A stretch of 64,000 bases of DNA from Opitutales bacterium (GTDB taxonomy: Bacteria > Verrucomicrobiota > Verrucomicrobiia > Opitutales > UBA953). The stretch spans positions 28,257 to 92,256 of the forward strand of contig JBBAUX010000004.1 of assembly GCA_040398005.1 (NCBI GenBank), in the 5' to 3' direction. A model generated the notes under the pieces. That model did no database searches. It saw only the letters and a program-made list of their open reading frames with translations, and was not told where the DNA came from. Made by a program: the position numbers and the translations under genes. Positions within the stretch are counted from its first letter, which is position 1, and each line of letters opens with the position of its first letter. Shown piece by piece: positions 50,647 through 59,773 of the stretch.

Positions 50647-52035
50647 ATGGATACCCCCAATTGCAGTAACCAGATCCCCGAGGCGAATTCTCGCCGGGAG
50701 TTTCTTCGTCAAACGGGATTAAGCATGGGAACCTTAGCATTCGGCACGATGCTCTCACGCGGACTGATTACCGATGCTCGTGCGGAAGGGCCGTTAAATT
50801 TAAAAGTACGCGCGGCACCGTTACCGGCTAAAGCCAAACATATCATCCATATTTTTGCCGGTGGAGCTCCTTCGCACCTGGATACGTTCGATTATAAACC
50901 TGGCATGAAAGACTTGGCGGAAAAATCTAAAGCCGGTCAGGCCGGAGTTATTTTTCCTACGCCCTTTGAATTTAAGCAGTGCGGAAAATCCGGTTTAGCG
51001 ATTAGCGAAATCTTCCCTAAATTACAAGAGGTGGCTGATGACCTTTGTATTATCCGCTCCATGCACTCAGATATTCCCGCGCACGGACCAGCTTCTAAAC
51101 TTCTGCACACGGGCTCAGCTATTTTAACCAAGCCATCCTTGGGCTCATGGGTTTTATACGGACTCGGAACTGAGAGCCAAGATTTGCCCGGGTTCGTCAG
51201 TCTGGGCGGTCAGGTGGAAGCACGTCAGGCGGCCTTTTTACCCAGTATCTACCAAGGTGCGAAAACGACTTTCCGGACCAACGTGGCTGCGAATCGCGTC
51301 ATCCCTAATTTACAAAGTGAGTTCACCAATGAGGATGCGCAAAGAAAACAGCTCGATTTGGTTCATCAACTTAATGATCAGCATATTAAGACTGTTCAAA
51401 AAGATGAACAGCTCGAAGCCCGTATTGAGTCTTTCGAATTAGCTTTCCGCATGCAGACGGCGGCGACTGATGCCTTTGATATTTCCAAAGAATCACAAAA
51501 AACGCGCGATGCTTACGGTAAGACCGAATTAGGGGCCAAACTTTTATGTGCGCGTCGTCTCGTTGAACGCGGTGTTCGTTTTGTACAAATTGACGCGGGT
51601 GGTTGGGATCACCATACCAACATTCAACTCGCAGCAGCCCGCACGGGAGCAGCGATAGATGGTCCGGCGGCTGCTTTAATTAAAGATCTAAAGGAGCGCG
51701 GACTCTTGAGCTCTACGTTGGTCATCTGGGGTGGAGAATTTGGTCGCACGCCGACAACTGCAGGACGGGTCAATCCGAACAGCGGTCGTGATCACTGGTC
51801 TAAGGCCTATTGCGCTTGGATGGCGGGTGGGGGAGTGAAGGCTGGAATTAATTATGGTGAGACCGATGACATCGGTGGCGAAGTTGTTTCTAATGGCGTC
51901 GACGTTCATGACCTCCACGCCACTATCTTGCGCTTGATGGGCTTTGATCACACCAAACTTACCTACCGATACAACGGTCGCGATTTCCGTCTGACGGATA
52001 ACTACGGTAAGGTTGCTGAAGGTATTATCGCGTAA
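50647..52035 (+). CDS. DUF1501 sulfatase-like protein with a Tat signal
   Basis: SRREFL Tat motif, GAPSHLDTFD, ARRLVERGVRFVQ, WDHH, WGGEFGRTP, GRDHW and DLHATIL. Confidence 0.9.
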   Translation: MDTPNCSNQIPEANSRREFLRQTGLSMGTLAFGTMLSRGLITDARAEGPLNLKVRAAPLPAKAKHIIHIFAGGAPSHLDTFDYKPGMKDLAEKSKAGQAGVIFPTPFEFKQCGKSGLAISEIFPKLQEVADDLCIIRSMHSDIPAHGPASKLLHTGSAILTKPSLGSWVLYGLGTESQDLPGFVSLGGQVEARQAAFLPSIYQGAKTTFRTNVAANRVIPNLQSEFTNEDAQRKQLDLVHQLNDQHIKTVQKDEQLEARIESFELAFRMQTAATDAFDISKESQKTRDAYGKTELGAKLLCARRLVERGVRFVQIDAGGWDHHTNIQLAAARTGAAIDGPAAALIKDLKERGLLSSTLVIWGGEFGRTPTTAGRVNPNSGRDHWSKAYCAWMAGGGVKAGINYGETDDIGGEVVSNGVDVHDLHATILRLMGFDHTKLTYRYNGRDFRLTDNYGKVAEGIIA

Positions 52036-52036
52036 A

Positions 52037-52879
52037 TTATAAATCAACGTTGTCGATCAGGCGAGTGTTGCCCAGATAGCAGGCAAGGGCCAGTGCGCAT
52101 TCACCAGGAATAATCTTGGTGACCTCGCTTAAAGTTTCGCGGTGCACGACTTTTAAATATTGGACGCGAAGCGAAGCATCCAGCGTGAGTCTTTTAAAAG
52201 CCGCCTTCTCAATGAGAATGGGATTCGTTTCACCTTTCTGTACTAACTCTTGAGCTACTTTGCAGGCGGCGGGTATCGCTGTAGCCTTTTGTAATTCTTC
52301 GGGGGTGAGGTATCGATTTCTTGAACTGAGGGCGAGTCCGTTGGGCTCACGCACCGTTTCATCGATGATCACTTTAACGGGCATGTGTAGGTCGTGGACC
52401 ATTTGTTTAATGACCACACACTGTTGTAAATCTTTTCGACCAAATACGGCGCAGGTCGGCTGAATCACATTGAAGAGCATTGCGACAACGGTGCTCACGC
52501 CGCGAAAGTGTCCGGGTCGAAACGCCCCGCAAAGACCCGTGGTTACTTTTTCAACATCCACCCAGGTGGTTGCATTTTTTGGATAAAATTCTTCAACGCT
52601 CGGCGCAAAAATAAGATCTACGGAAGCGTGGCGGCAAGCATCGCAATCCGCTTCAAAGGTTCTAGGATATTTTGAGAAATCTTCGTTCGGACCAAATTGT
52701 GTAGGGTTAACAAAGATAGAAACTACGGTGAAATCTGCTTCACTGCGGGCGCGTTTAACTAATGCAAGATGACCCTCGTGAAGACAGCCCATCGTAGGCA
52801 CCAAGCCGATTTTTTTCCCTGCGGCGCGAACTTTATCAAGTGCCTGACGTAGATCTGAAATGGTTTGTATAACTTGCAT
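52037..52879 (-). CDS. panC: Pantoate-beta-alanine ligase
   Basis: VPTMGCLHEGH, SIFVNPTQF, RPGHFRGV, GLALSSRN and RLIDN. Confidence 0.97.
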   Translation of the reverse strand: MQVIQTISDLRQALDKVRAAGKKIGLVPTMGCLHEGHLALVKRARSEADFTVVSIFVNPTQFGPNEDFSKYPRTFEADCDACRHASVDLIFAPSVEEFYPKNATTWVDVEKVTTGLCGAFRPGHFRGVSTVVAMLFNVIQPTCAVFGRKDLQQCVVIKQMVHDLHMPVKVIIDETVREPNGLALSSRNRYLTPEELQKATAIPAACKVAQELVQKGETNPILIEKAAFKRLTLDASLRVQYLKVVHRETLSEVTKIIPGECALALACYLGNTRLIDNVDL

Positions 52880-53028
52880 GCAAAGAGGTTAGCGAGCGGG
52901 TGGTATCGAAGTGACTATAAACATAAAAAAAGTACGCATTAATACAAGATATCTTCCTTTGCATCCATGGAACTTCCTGTAGAGTCAGATTAGTTGATTT
53001 AATAATTATTCACCCCGACCTCGCCCCT

Positions 53029-54090
53029 ATGTCACTCCATCCTGTTACTCTCTTTACTGGCCAATGGGCCGATTTACCTATCGCGGAACTTTTACCTAAA
53101 GTTAAAGCCATGGGTTACGATGGCGTGGAGTTAGCCTGCTGGGGCGATCACTTTGATGTCTATCGCGCGGTACACGAACCTGCCTATGTGGAATCGGTTT
53201 GGAAACTTTTAGAAAAAAATGGTTTAGGTTGTTGGGCAATTTCCTCTCATCTTGTGGGCCAAGCCACCTGTGATAATATTGATGAACGACACAAAGCGAT
53301 TCTCCCTGAACGCGTTTGGGGTGATGGCGTTCCAGAATCTGTCCGTCAGCGCGCCGCCGCAGAAATGATTTTAACTGCTCAAGCGGCCCGAAAGTTTTTT
53401 GATGCGGGTAAAAGTATCATGGCTAAGTTTCCCAAGGGAACGGGCAAGGCAGTCGTTAACGGATTTACGGGTTCATCCATCTGGCACGCCTTGTATGCGT
53501 TTCCGCCAACCTCACAGGCATACCTCCAAAAAGGTTATAACGATTTCGCGAAACGCTGGCTGCCGATTCTGGATGCCTTCGAGAAGCAGGATGTTTATTT
53601 CGGACTGGAGGTACATCCGACTGAAATCGCCTTTGATATCGTTTCTGCCCAGCGAGCTTTAGAAGCTGTGGGTCAGCACAAACGCTTCGGTTTTAATTTT
53701 GATCCCAGTCACTTGGGCTATCAGGGCGTGGATTATATTAAGTTCATCCACACTTTTGCTGCACAAATTCATCACGTGCACATGAAGGACGCTTGGTGGG
53801 GCCATGGTGATGGTACGGTTGGCGTCTTTGGTGGCCATACCGATTTCTGTGATTCGCGACGCGCCTGGGATTTTCGTTCTGTTGGCCGTGGTGATGTAAA
53901 ATTTGAAGACGTGATCGTCGCATTAAACGACATCCGCTACGCCGGTCCGCTCTCGGTGGAGTGGGAAGATGGGCGGATGGATCGCTTCCACGGAGCTACG
54001 GAAAGTTGTGCCTTTGTGAAACGCCTGTCATTTCCACCGAGTAACATTGCTTTTGATGCGGCCTTTGATCGCCAAAAACAGAAAAAATAA
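53029..54090 (+). CDS. Sugar phosphate isomerase/epimerase (xylose isomerase-like TIM barrel)
   Basis: [25 protein letters not shown] and SVEWED metal ligands. Confidence 0.85.
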   Translation: MSLHPVTLFTGQWADLPIAELLPKVKAMGYDGVELACWGDHFDVYRAVHEPAYVESVWKLLEKNGLGCWAISSHLVGQATCDNIDERHKAILPERVWGDGVPESVRQRAAAEMILTAQAARKFFDAGKSIMAKFPKGTGKAVVNGFTGSSIWHALYAFPPTSQAYLQKGYNDFAKRWLPILDAFEKQDVYFGLEVHPTEIAFDIVSAQRALEAVGQHKRFGFNFDPSHLGYQGVDYIKFIHTFAAQIHHVHMKDAWWGHGDGTVGVFGGHTDFCDSRRAWDFRSVGRGDVKFEDVIVALNDIRYAGPLSVEWEDGRMDRFHGATESCAFVKRLSFPPSNIAFDAAFDRQKQKK

Positions 54091-54104
54091 ATTATAAATA
54101 TTCT

Positions 54105-55187
54105 ATGACTATCAAAGTGGGAATTATTGGAGCAGGCGGAATGTTGCAGTATCACGCTTCAGGATTTCAAAAAGCGGGTGCTAAAATTATGGCGATTGCC
54201 GATCGCCATACCGCGGCTGCCCAAAAGGCTGCCGAAAAATATAAGGTGCCTAATGTTTTTGAATCAGTCGAAGCGATGCTGGCGGGCTGTCCGGAGCTCG
54301 ATGCGGTCAGTATCATCGTCCCCAATAAACTGCACGCCCCACTGGCCATCCAATGTCTCAAGGCTGGTAAGCACGTTTTCTGTGAGAAGCCTCCTGCACT
54401 CAGTGCTCGCGAGGTAAATGAGATTATTGCGGCGGCGAAGTCTTTAGGAAAAAAAGTAATGTTTAATTTCAATAATCGCGCCCGGCCCGAATCGGCGGCG
54501 ATGATGAAATTAATTAATAATGGTGAAGTTGGAAAAATTAACTCAGCCCAAGCGAAGTGGATTCGCCGTACGGGCATTCCCGGTTTTGGTGGATGGTTTA
54601 CCACGAAAGAATTATCCGGCGGTGGCCCGCTCATCGACCTATTACACATGGTAGACTTAGCCATGTATTTCATGGGCTATCCCGAGCCGGCGCATGTCTT
54701 GGGTCAGACCTTCAATGACTTTATTCAGGACAAATCATTTAAAGGCCCTTGGGGTATCGCTGATGTCGTTGGTGGAGTGACTGACGTAGAAAATGCGGCC
54801 CATGGTTTTATTACTTTTAAATCAGGCCAGGTTTTAACGCTGCAAGTGTCTTGGGCCGAGATGGTGAAGCGCGAAGAGGTTTCAGTAGTGTTTCAAGGTA
54901 CGAAAGCGGGTGGTAAAGTGGAACGACTTTTTGGCTCTGATGGATTAGATGATACCGCCATCGATACTTGTGAGTTATACGTTCAAGAAAACGGAAAGAG
55001 TGTGAACCGGGTTATCAAAACTCCCGAGTGTCTTGATATGGGCCGATCCGACTCCGCGGCTAATTTTATTGAAGCCATCGAAGGGAAGGCCGCTCCTTTA
55101 AATACACCCGAGCAAGCGCTACGCTTAATGCAAGTCATCGACGCAATTTACGCTTCCGCCCAAACCGGCCGCCCTGTATCAATCTAA
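54105..55187 (+). CDS. Gfo/Idh/MocA family NAD(P)-dependent oxidoreductase
   Basis: GIIGAGG, AGKHVFCEKP and SGGGPLIDLLHMVD. Confidence 0.9.
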   Translation: MTIKVGIIGAGGMLQYHASGFQKAGAKIMAIADRHTAAAQKAAEKYKVPNVFESVEAMLAGCPELDAVSIIVPNKLHAPLAIQCLKAGKHVFCEKPPALSAREVNEIIAAAKSLGKKVMFNFNNRARPESAAMMKLINNGEVGKINSAQAKWIRRTGIPGFGGWFTTKELSGGGPLIDLLHMVDLAMYFMGYPEPAHVLGQTFNDFIQDKSFKGPWGIADVVGGVTDVENAAHGFITFKSGQVLTLQVSWAEMVKREEVSVVFQGTKAGGKVERLFGSDGLDDTAIDTCELYVQENGKSVNRVIKTPECLDMGRSDSAANFIEAIEGKAAPLNTPEQALRLMQVIDAIYASAQTGRPVSI

Positions 55188-55663
55188 CGATTCAGTAAAT
55201 AGATGCTCGTGTTGAGTACTGTCGCAAAGCTGACCCAGAGTAGGTGGGGGCTTTGCAGGTACGCCACAGTTCTGTTTTCTTGGTAGAGACAACGCACCCA
55301 CGCACTGAGTATAATTAAGTAGAATGCGATTATCACTAGGGCCCAACCGAGTTGGTGATATTTAAAAAAGACCGGAGACCAGAGCGCATTAGAAACTAGC
55401 ATTAAAAAGAAAAATATCTTGGTGAGTTTATTTTGAGTGGATTTCCAGACCATCCATTGCGAGATAACCATTAAAAGATAGAGGGTGCTCCAGACTGGGC
55501 CAAAAAGATAGTTAGGGGGATTGAAAGTAGGCTTGGTGAGGTTTGCGTACCAGCCGGTGATTTCAGGTAATGTTGCACGTGAGCCCAGCCAGCCGATGCC
55601 GAGTGTCAGTAAAATCAAAAGCCCTAAAATACCTAAACTTCCTCGGGTCTGGGATGATTTCAT
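55184..55663 (-). CDS. tspO: TspO/MBR tryptophan-rich sensory protein
   Basis: WYANLTKPTFNPP...FGPVWSTLY, NALWSPVFF and P.LLWVSFATVLN. Start moved to ATG 55663. Confidence 0.9.
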   Translation of the reverse strand: MKSSQTRGSLGILGLLILLTLGIGWLGSRATLPEITGWYANLTKPTFNPPNYLFGPVWSTLYLLMVISQWMVWKSTQNKLTKIFFFLMLVSNALWSPVFFKYHQLGWALVIIAFYLIILSAWVRCLYQENRTVAYLQSPHLLWVSFATVLNTSIYLLNR

Positions 55664-55758
55664 AGGTTTAATATGTTCGTTATACACGCGGGGGCAAGGG
55701 AAGTATTTTGACCGCTTGCCATCTGTCGTTTTGTTCTTCTTTTTCGTGTCACTAAGCC

Positions 55759-57003
55759 ATGTCTGACTCTTACATCCAAAATCTCTTCGCTGAACGCATT
55801 GGCGGAATTAATTACGGCAAATCTACCGCGATTTATAAATTTGAAAAAATTAAGCGTGCTAAGGCTGCGGCAAAAAAAGCGAAGCCCGATGTAGCATTGA
55901 TTGATCTCGGAGTAGGGGAGCCCGATGAAATGGCTTTTCCTCAAGTGGTGAAAGCTTTGCAGGTTGAAGCCGCGAAATCCGAGAATCGTGGTTACGCTGA
56001 TAACGGTGGTGCCGACTTCCGTTTAGCCGGCGCACGTTACCTCAAAAATCTTTTTAATGTCACCATCGATCCTGAGACTGAAATTCTCCACTCAATTGGA
56101 TCCAAGGCCGCCCTCACACTTTTACCGGCCTGCTTTATCAATCCTGGTGATGTCGTCTTAATGACCGTCCCTGGTTATCCCGTACTTGGAACCCACGCTA
56201 AATATTATGGCGGCGTGGTTCATAATATTAAATTAACCGCCGAGCATAATTTTCTCCCTGATTTAAAATCAATCCCCGCCGATGTTTTAGCTAAGGCTAA
56301 AGTATTGGTATTAAATTATCCGAATAACCCCACGGGCGCTTGTGCAACGCTGAAGTTCTACGAAGAGGTCGTCGCTTTTGCAAAGACCCATAATTTGATT
56401 GTGGTTCAAGATGCGGCTTACGGTTCGCTTCACTTTGGCAGTGAGCAGGTTTCTATTTTACAAGTGCCTGGGGCTAAGGACGTAGCCGTTGAACTTCATA
56501 CACTTTCCAAGAGTCACAATATGACGGGCTGGCGTATTGGTTTCGTCGCGGGCAATTCACACATCGTCCGTGCTTATGGTGACGTGAAGGACAATTCCGA
56601 CTCCGGACAGTTTTTAGGAATTCAAAAAGCAGGCGTTGCGGGTCTCGATGACGTTTCGATTCCTCGTGCCATTGCTGCTAAATATTCTCGTCGGATGGAT
56701 AAACTCGTCGGCGTTTTGGCAAAGCTCGGTTTCCAAGTGCGCAAACCTGGTGCCGGATTCTTCTTATACATGCCCGCTCCTAAGTCGGCGACCGGTCCAT
56801 CGGGAACAGTTTTATTTGATTCTGGCGAAGCTTTTTCTCAGTGGATGATTTCCGAACATTTAATTTCCACGGTGCCTTGGGATGATTGCGGATTCTTCGT
56901 TCGCTTCTCCGTCACATTCGTTTCGGAAAAAGGTGAAGCCGGTGAGGCCGAGGTGATTGCCGAGGTCGAACGCCGTTTAACCCCCTGGAAATTCAATTTC
57001 TAA
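55759..57003 (+). CDS. dapL: LL-diaminopimelate aminotransferase (class I/II PLP enzyme)
   Basis: IDLGVGEPD, GSKAAL, PGYPV, NYPNNPTG, DAAY and SKSHNMTGWRIG. Confidence 0.75.
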   Translation: MSDSYIQNLFAERIGGINYGKSTAIYKFEKIKRAKAAAKKAKPDVALIDLGVGEPDEMAFPQVVKALQVEAAKSENRGYADNGGADFRLAGARYLKNLFNVTIDPETEILHSIGSKAALTLLPACFINPGDVVLMTVPGYPVLGTHAKYYGGVVHNIKLTAEHNFLPDLKSIPADVLAKAKVLVLNYPNNPTGACATLKFYEEVVAFAKTHNLIVVQDAAYGSLHFGSEQVSILQVPGAKDVAVELHTLSKSHNMTGWRIGFVAGNSHIVRAYGDVKDNSDSGQFLGIQKAGVAGLDDVSIPRAIAAKYSRRMDKLVGVLAKLGFQVRKPGAGFFLYMPAPKSATGPSGTVLFDSGEAFSQWMISEHLISTVPWDDCGFFVRFSVTFVSEKGEAGEAEVIAEVERRLTPWKFNF

Positions 57004-57073
57004 GAGATTTTCGCTAGTTTCTGTCGGATTGACAGGGGCGGGGTTAATTGGTCAGATTAACTTTCTAGTTTAT

Positions 57074-57149
57074 GGCCTGATAGCTCAGTTGGTAGAGCAG
57101 GCGCCTGAAGAGCGCCGTGTCGTTGGTTCGATTCCGACTCAGGCCACCA
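57074..57149 (+). tRNA. tRNA-Phe(GAA)
   Basis: 76 nt; GGCCTGA acceptor stem, GGCGC-CTGAAGA-GCGCC anticodon arm, GTTCGATTC and encoded CCA. Confidence 0.95.
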
Positions 57150-57157
57150 CTTTAAGA

Positions 57158-57190
57158 AACCCGTTTGAAACCTCAGACGGGTTATCTTTT
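57158..57190. terminator. Bidirectional terminator between tRNA-Phe and the convergent ORF
   Basis: AACCCGTTTGA-AACC-TCAGACGGGTT stem followed by ATCTTTT. Confidence 0.7.
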
Positions 57191-57937
57191 GAAGAGTAAA
57201 CGGAGGAGGTGAAATCTTTCGCCGTGATCGAGCGGTGGCACAAAAGAATTATCCATGCCGTGGTTAATTAAAGTAATCCGTTTCGCTTCCTTGCTTACTT
57301 TGTCACCCTTGGTCGTTTCTTCTACCCATTCTGCCTTAACGATGCCGAAGGGGATCGATTCATTGCGCCAGACGGCTCCCTCGATTTTGATGACCTGTTT
57401 TTTGACGAAGGGTGGATCGACATTGGTAAGACAAATCATATGCAATTTTTTGCATTCATAAGTTTTATTTTGGAAATCTAAGCGTTCTGTTTTTTTATCA
57501 TCCACTAGAGTGTTTTCCGTAGTGTAGCCTGCAGTGCTGGCGATAGATTTTACGTCTTCGGGCAGCATATGCCATGAGCCAGTTTTAGGATTCGAAAATA
57601 GAATTTCGGCAGAGGACTCGAGTAACTTATTCGCGCCTTCACGATCTAGGTCCTTGGGTACTAAAAATCTTAAAGGGGCTTTTTCGCGTGACCCCAGCCA
57701 GGCCACGGGTTCGATGTTTAACCAAACGTAAGCTTTGCCATTTACTTCGCCGGCTGCCCAAACGGAAAGTTTTATTTCGGGTACTTTATCGGTCTTTGGA
57801 ATATCAGTGCGGGCAATTTCGTAGGTTGCCCAGGAGCCTGCGGGTGGGAGATTTTCTGCAAAAATATTCCATTGGGCTTGGGCATGCGTGCAGAGTCCGA
57901 GGGCGAGCCAGAGCCACCATTTTTTCGCTAGTTTCAC
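57182..57937 (-). CDS. Secreted hypothetical protein
   Basis: Signal peptide ending AQA-Q and a beta-rich body; GTG start preceded by TCGACA-17-TAGGGT. Confidence 0.65.
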   Translation of the reverse strand: MKLAKKWWLWLALGLCTHAQAQWNIFAENLPPAGSWATYEIARTDIPKTDKVPEIKLSVWAAGEVNGKAYVWLNIEPVAWLGSREKAPLRFLVPKDLDREGANKLLESSAEILFSNPKTGSWHMLPEDVKSIASTAGYTTENTLVDDKKTERLDFQNKTYECKKLHMICLTNVDPPFVKKQVIKIEGAVWRNESIPFGIVKAEWVEETTKGDKVSKEAKRITLINHGMDNSFVPPLDHGERFHLLRLLFKR

Positions 57938-58036
57938 TTTTCGACCCTAAATTGCTCAATTTGCCCTGTCGAGTGCCTATCTTTTGCCTTTGTCTTTGAC
58001 TCAATGTAAGGGCTTAATTTTAGTTAAATCTCTGCT

Positions 58037-58120
58037 ATGGAATGCACGATACAGTCATCGACGAATCCGACCTTGAGTGGTCGTGCCTTAATTCCTGCGA
58101 TTATTATTATCGGGCGATAA
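58037..58120 (+). CDS. Isoleucine-rich leader peptide of cimA (27 aa)
   Basis: Manual translation MECTIQSSTNPTLSGRALIPAIIIIGR-stop; ATT ATT ATT ATC at 58100-58111. Confidence 0.8.
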   Translation: MECTIQSSTNPTLSGRALIPAIIIIGR

Positions 58121-58186
58121 GTCCGCGAACGGATCGCTTTAGCGAATTCCCGTTCCGCGACAAATCGGAGCGGCGGTCTATCTTTT
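58121..58186 (+). promoter_or_regulatory. Attenuator: alternative antiterminator and terminator helices
   Basis: 58121-58132 can pair with 58150-58161; alternatively 58150-58157 pairs with 58166-58173, followed by TCTATCTTTT. Confidence 0.7.
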
Positions 58187-58213
58187 AACTCCACCCAACA
58201 TTTACAAACCAAC

Positions 58214-59770
58214 ATGGCTCGAAAAATCGAAATCTATGACACCACACTCCGCGACGGATCGCAGGGGCTGGGGATTCATTTCTCGGTCGCTGATAAATTG
58301 CGCGTGGCGCAGGAGCTGGAACGTTTTGGCGTAACTTACATCGAGGGCGGCTGGCCGGGTTCCAATCCCCGCGATATCGAATTTTTTGCGGAAGCCCGAA
58401 AATTAAAATTTAAGAAAGCGAAACTCGCGGCGTTTGGATCTACTCGCAAAAAAGGTGTCCGTGCTGCTGAGGATAGTCAGGTTAAAGGCTTACTCGAAGT
58501 GCATACGCCCGTTGTCACCATTTACGGTAAGACATCGGCCTTACACGTTCGTGAAGTTTTACGCTGCACGCCCGAAGAAAATTTAGCGATGATTGCGGAT
58601 ACTATCGCTTATTTAAAGTCGCACGGACGTGAAGTTGTTTACGATTGTGAACACGCCATAGACGGATGGAAGGAAGATCCTCAATACGTACTGGCTTGCT
58701 TTAAGGCGGCGGCGGATGCGGGGGCTTCACGCATTGTTTTATGCGATACTAACGGTGGATCGTTGCCTGATGAAGTCGCCGCCTGCACACGCGCGGCGAT
58801 GTCTGCCGTCAAAGCTGCGATAGGCATACACACGCACGATGACTCCGGATTGGCTTTGGCGAACGCTTTAGCCTCACTCGACGCAGGTGCGATGCATGTG
58901 CAAGGCACGATGAATGGTATCGGGGAACGTACGGGTAATTGTGATTTAACTGCGGTGATACCCGTGGCTCAAATCAAGCGCGGTTGGAGTTGTGTTCCCG
59001 TGAGTTCACTCCGTCGCCTCACAGAACTTTCTCGTTTTATCGATGGTGTGACTAATCAAGCGCCTGATCCTCGTCGCCCCTGGGTGGGTGCCGCTGCGTT
59101 TGCGCATAAAGGTGGAACGCACGTGGACGCCGTCAGAAAATTTTCTGCGGCCTATGAACACGTTGATCCTGCTACCGTTGGCAATGCGCGCGATGTTTTA
59201 GTGAGCGATCAATCGGGTCGCAGTAATTTACTCATGAAGGCTGCCGAGTTAGGAATCGAATTAGATAAAGATGCACCCTCCACCAAAGCTGCTTTAGAAG
59301 AGTTGAAGAAACTCGAACACCAAGGTTGGAGTTTTGAAGATGCGGATGCATCACTAGTTTTATTGCTCCGCCGTCATTTAGGTAAGACTGCAGTGGTGCC
59401 CTTTGAGGTCGTGAATTATAATGTATCAATCCAAGGCGGCAGTAAGTCGGCCTCGTGCGAGGCGACCATCCGCATGCGCGTTGATGGTAAAGAGTCTTTG
59501 ACCGTCGCGGATGGAGAAGGTCCCGTGCACGCTTTAGATCAAGCGTTACGTAAGGCCTTAGTTAAAGCATTTCCCAAACTTAAAAAAGTTCATCTCGCAG
59601 ATTACAAAGTTCGCGTACTCGCGGGCCAAGATGGCACCTCGGCGAAGACTCGCGTAGTCGTGCGCTCGACCGATGGCAAAAAATCCTGGGGCACCGTGGG
59701 CGTCAGTGCTAATTTAGTTGAAGCTTCCCTGCGTGCGATTGTCGAAGGCTACGCACACGCTTTAGTTTAA
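58214..59770 (+). CDS. cimA: Citramalate synthase (LeuA/CimA family)
   Basis: YDTTLRDGSQ, YIEGGWPGSNP, AFGSTR, LCDTNGG, GIHTHDD, FAHKGG.H and a C-terminal regulatory domain (DYKVRVL, WGTVGVS.N..EAS). Confidence 0.88.
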   Translation: MARKIEIYDTTLRDGSQGLGIHFSVADKLRVAQELERFGVTYIEGGWPGSNPRDIEFFAEARKLKFKKAKLAAFGSTRKKGVRAAEDSQVKGLLEVHTPVVTIYGKTSALHVREVLRCTPEENLAMIADTIAYLKSHGREVVYDCEHAIDGWKEDPQYVLACFKAAADAGASRIVLCDTNGGSLPDEVAACTRAAMSAVKAAIGIHTHDDSGLALANALASLDAGAMHVQGTMNGIGERTGNCDLTAVIPVAQIKRGWSCVPVSSLRRLTELSRFIDGVTNQAPDPRRPWVGAAAFAHKGGTHVDAVRKFSAAYEHVDPATVGNARDVLVSDQSGRSNLLMKAAELGIELDKDAPSTKAALEELKKLEHQGWSFEDADASLVLLLRRHLGKTAVVPFEVVNYNVSIQGGSKSASCEATIRMRVDGKESLTVADGEGPVHALDQALRKALVKAFPKLKKVHLADYKVRVLAGQDGTSAKTRVVVRSTDGKKSWGTVGVSANLVEASLRAIVEGYAHALV

Positions 59771-59773
59771 TTC

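Noticed and set aside
58024..58215. 63-aa minus-strand ORF containing IIII
   Set aside because: Antisense reading of the ATT repeat of the cimA leader peptide; the plus-strand interpretation explains the region.
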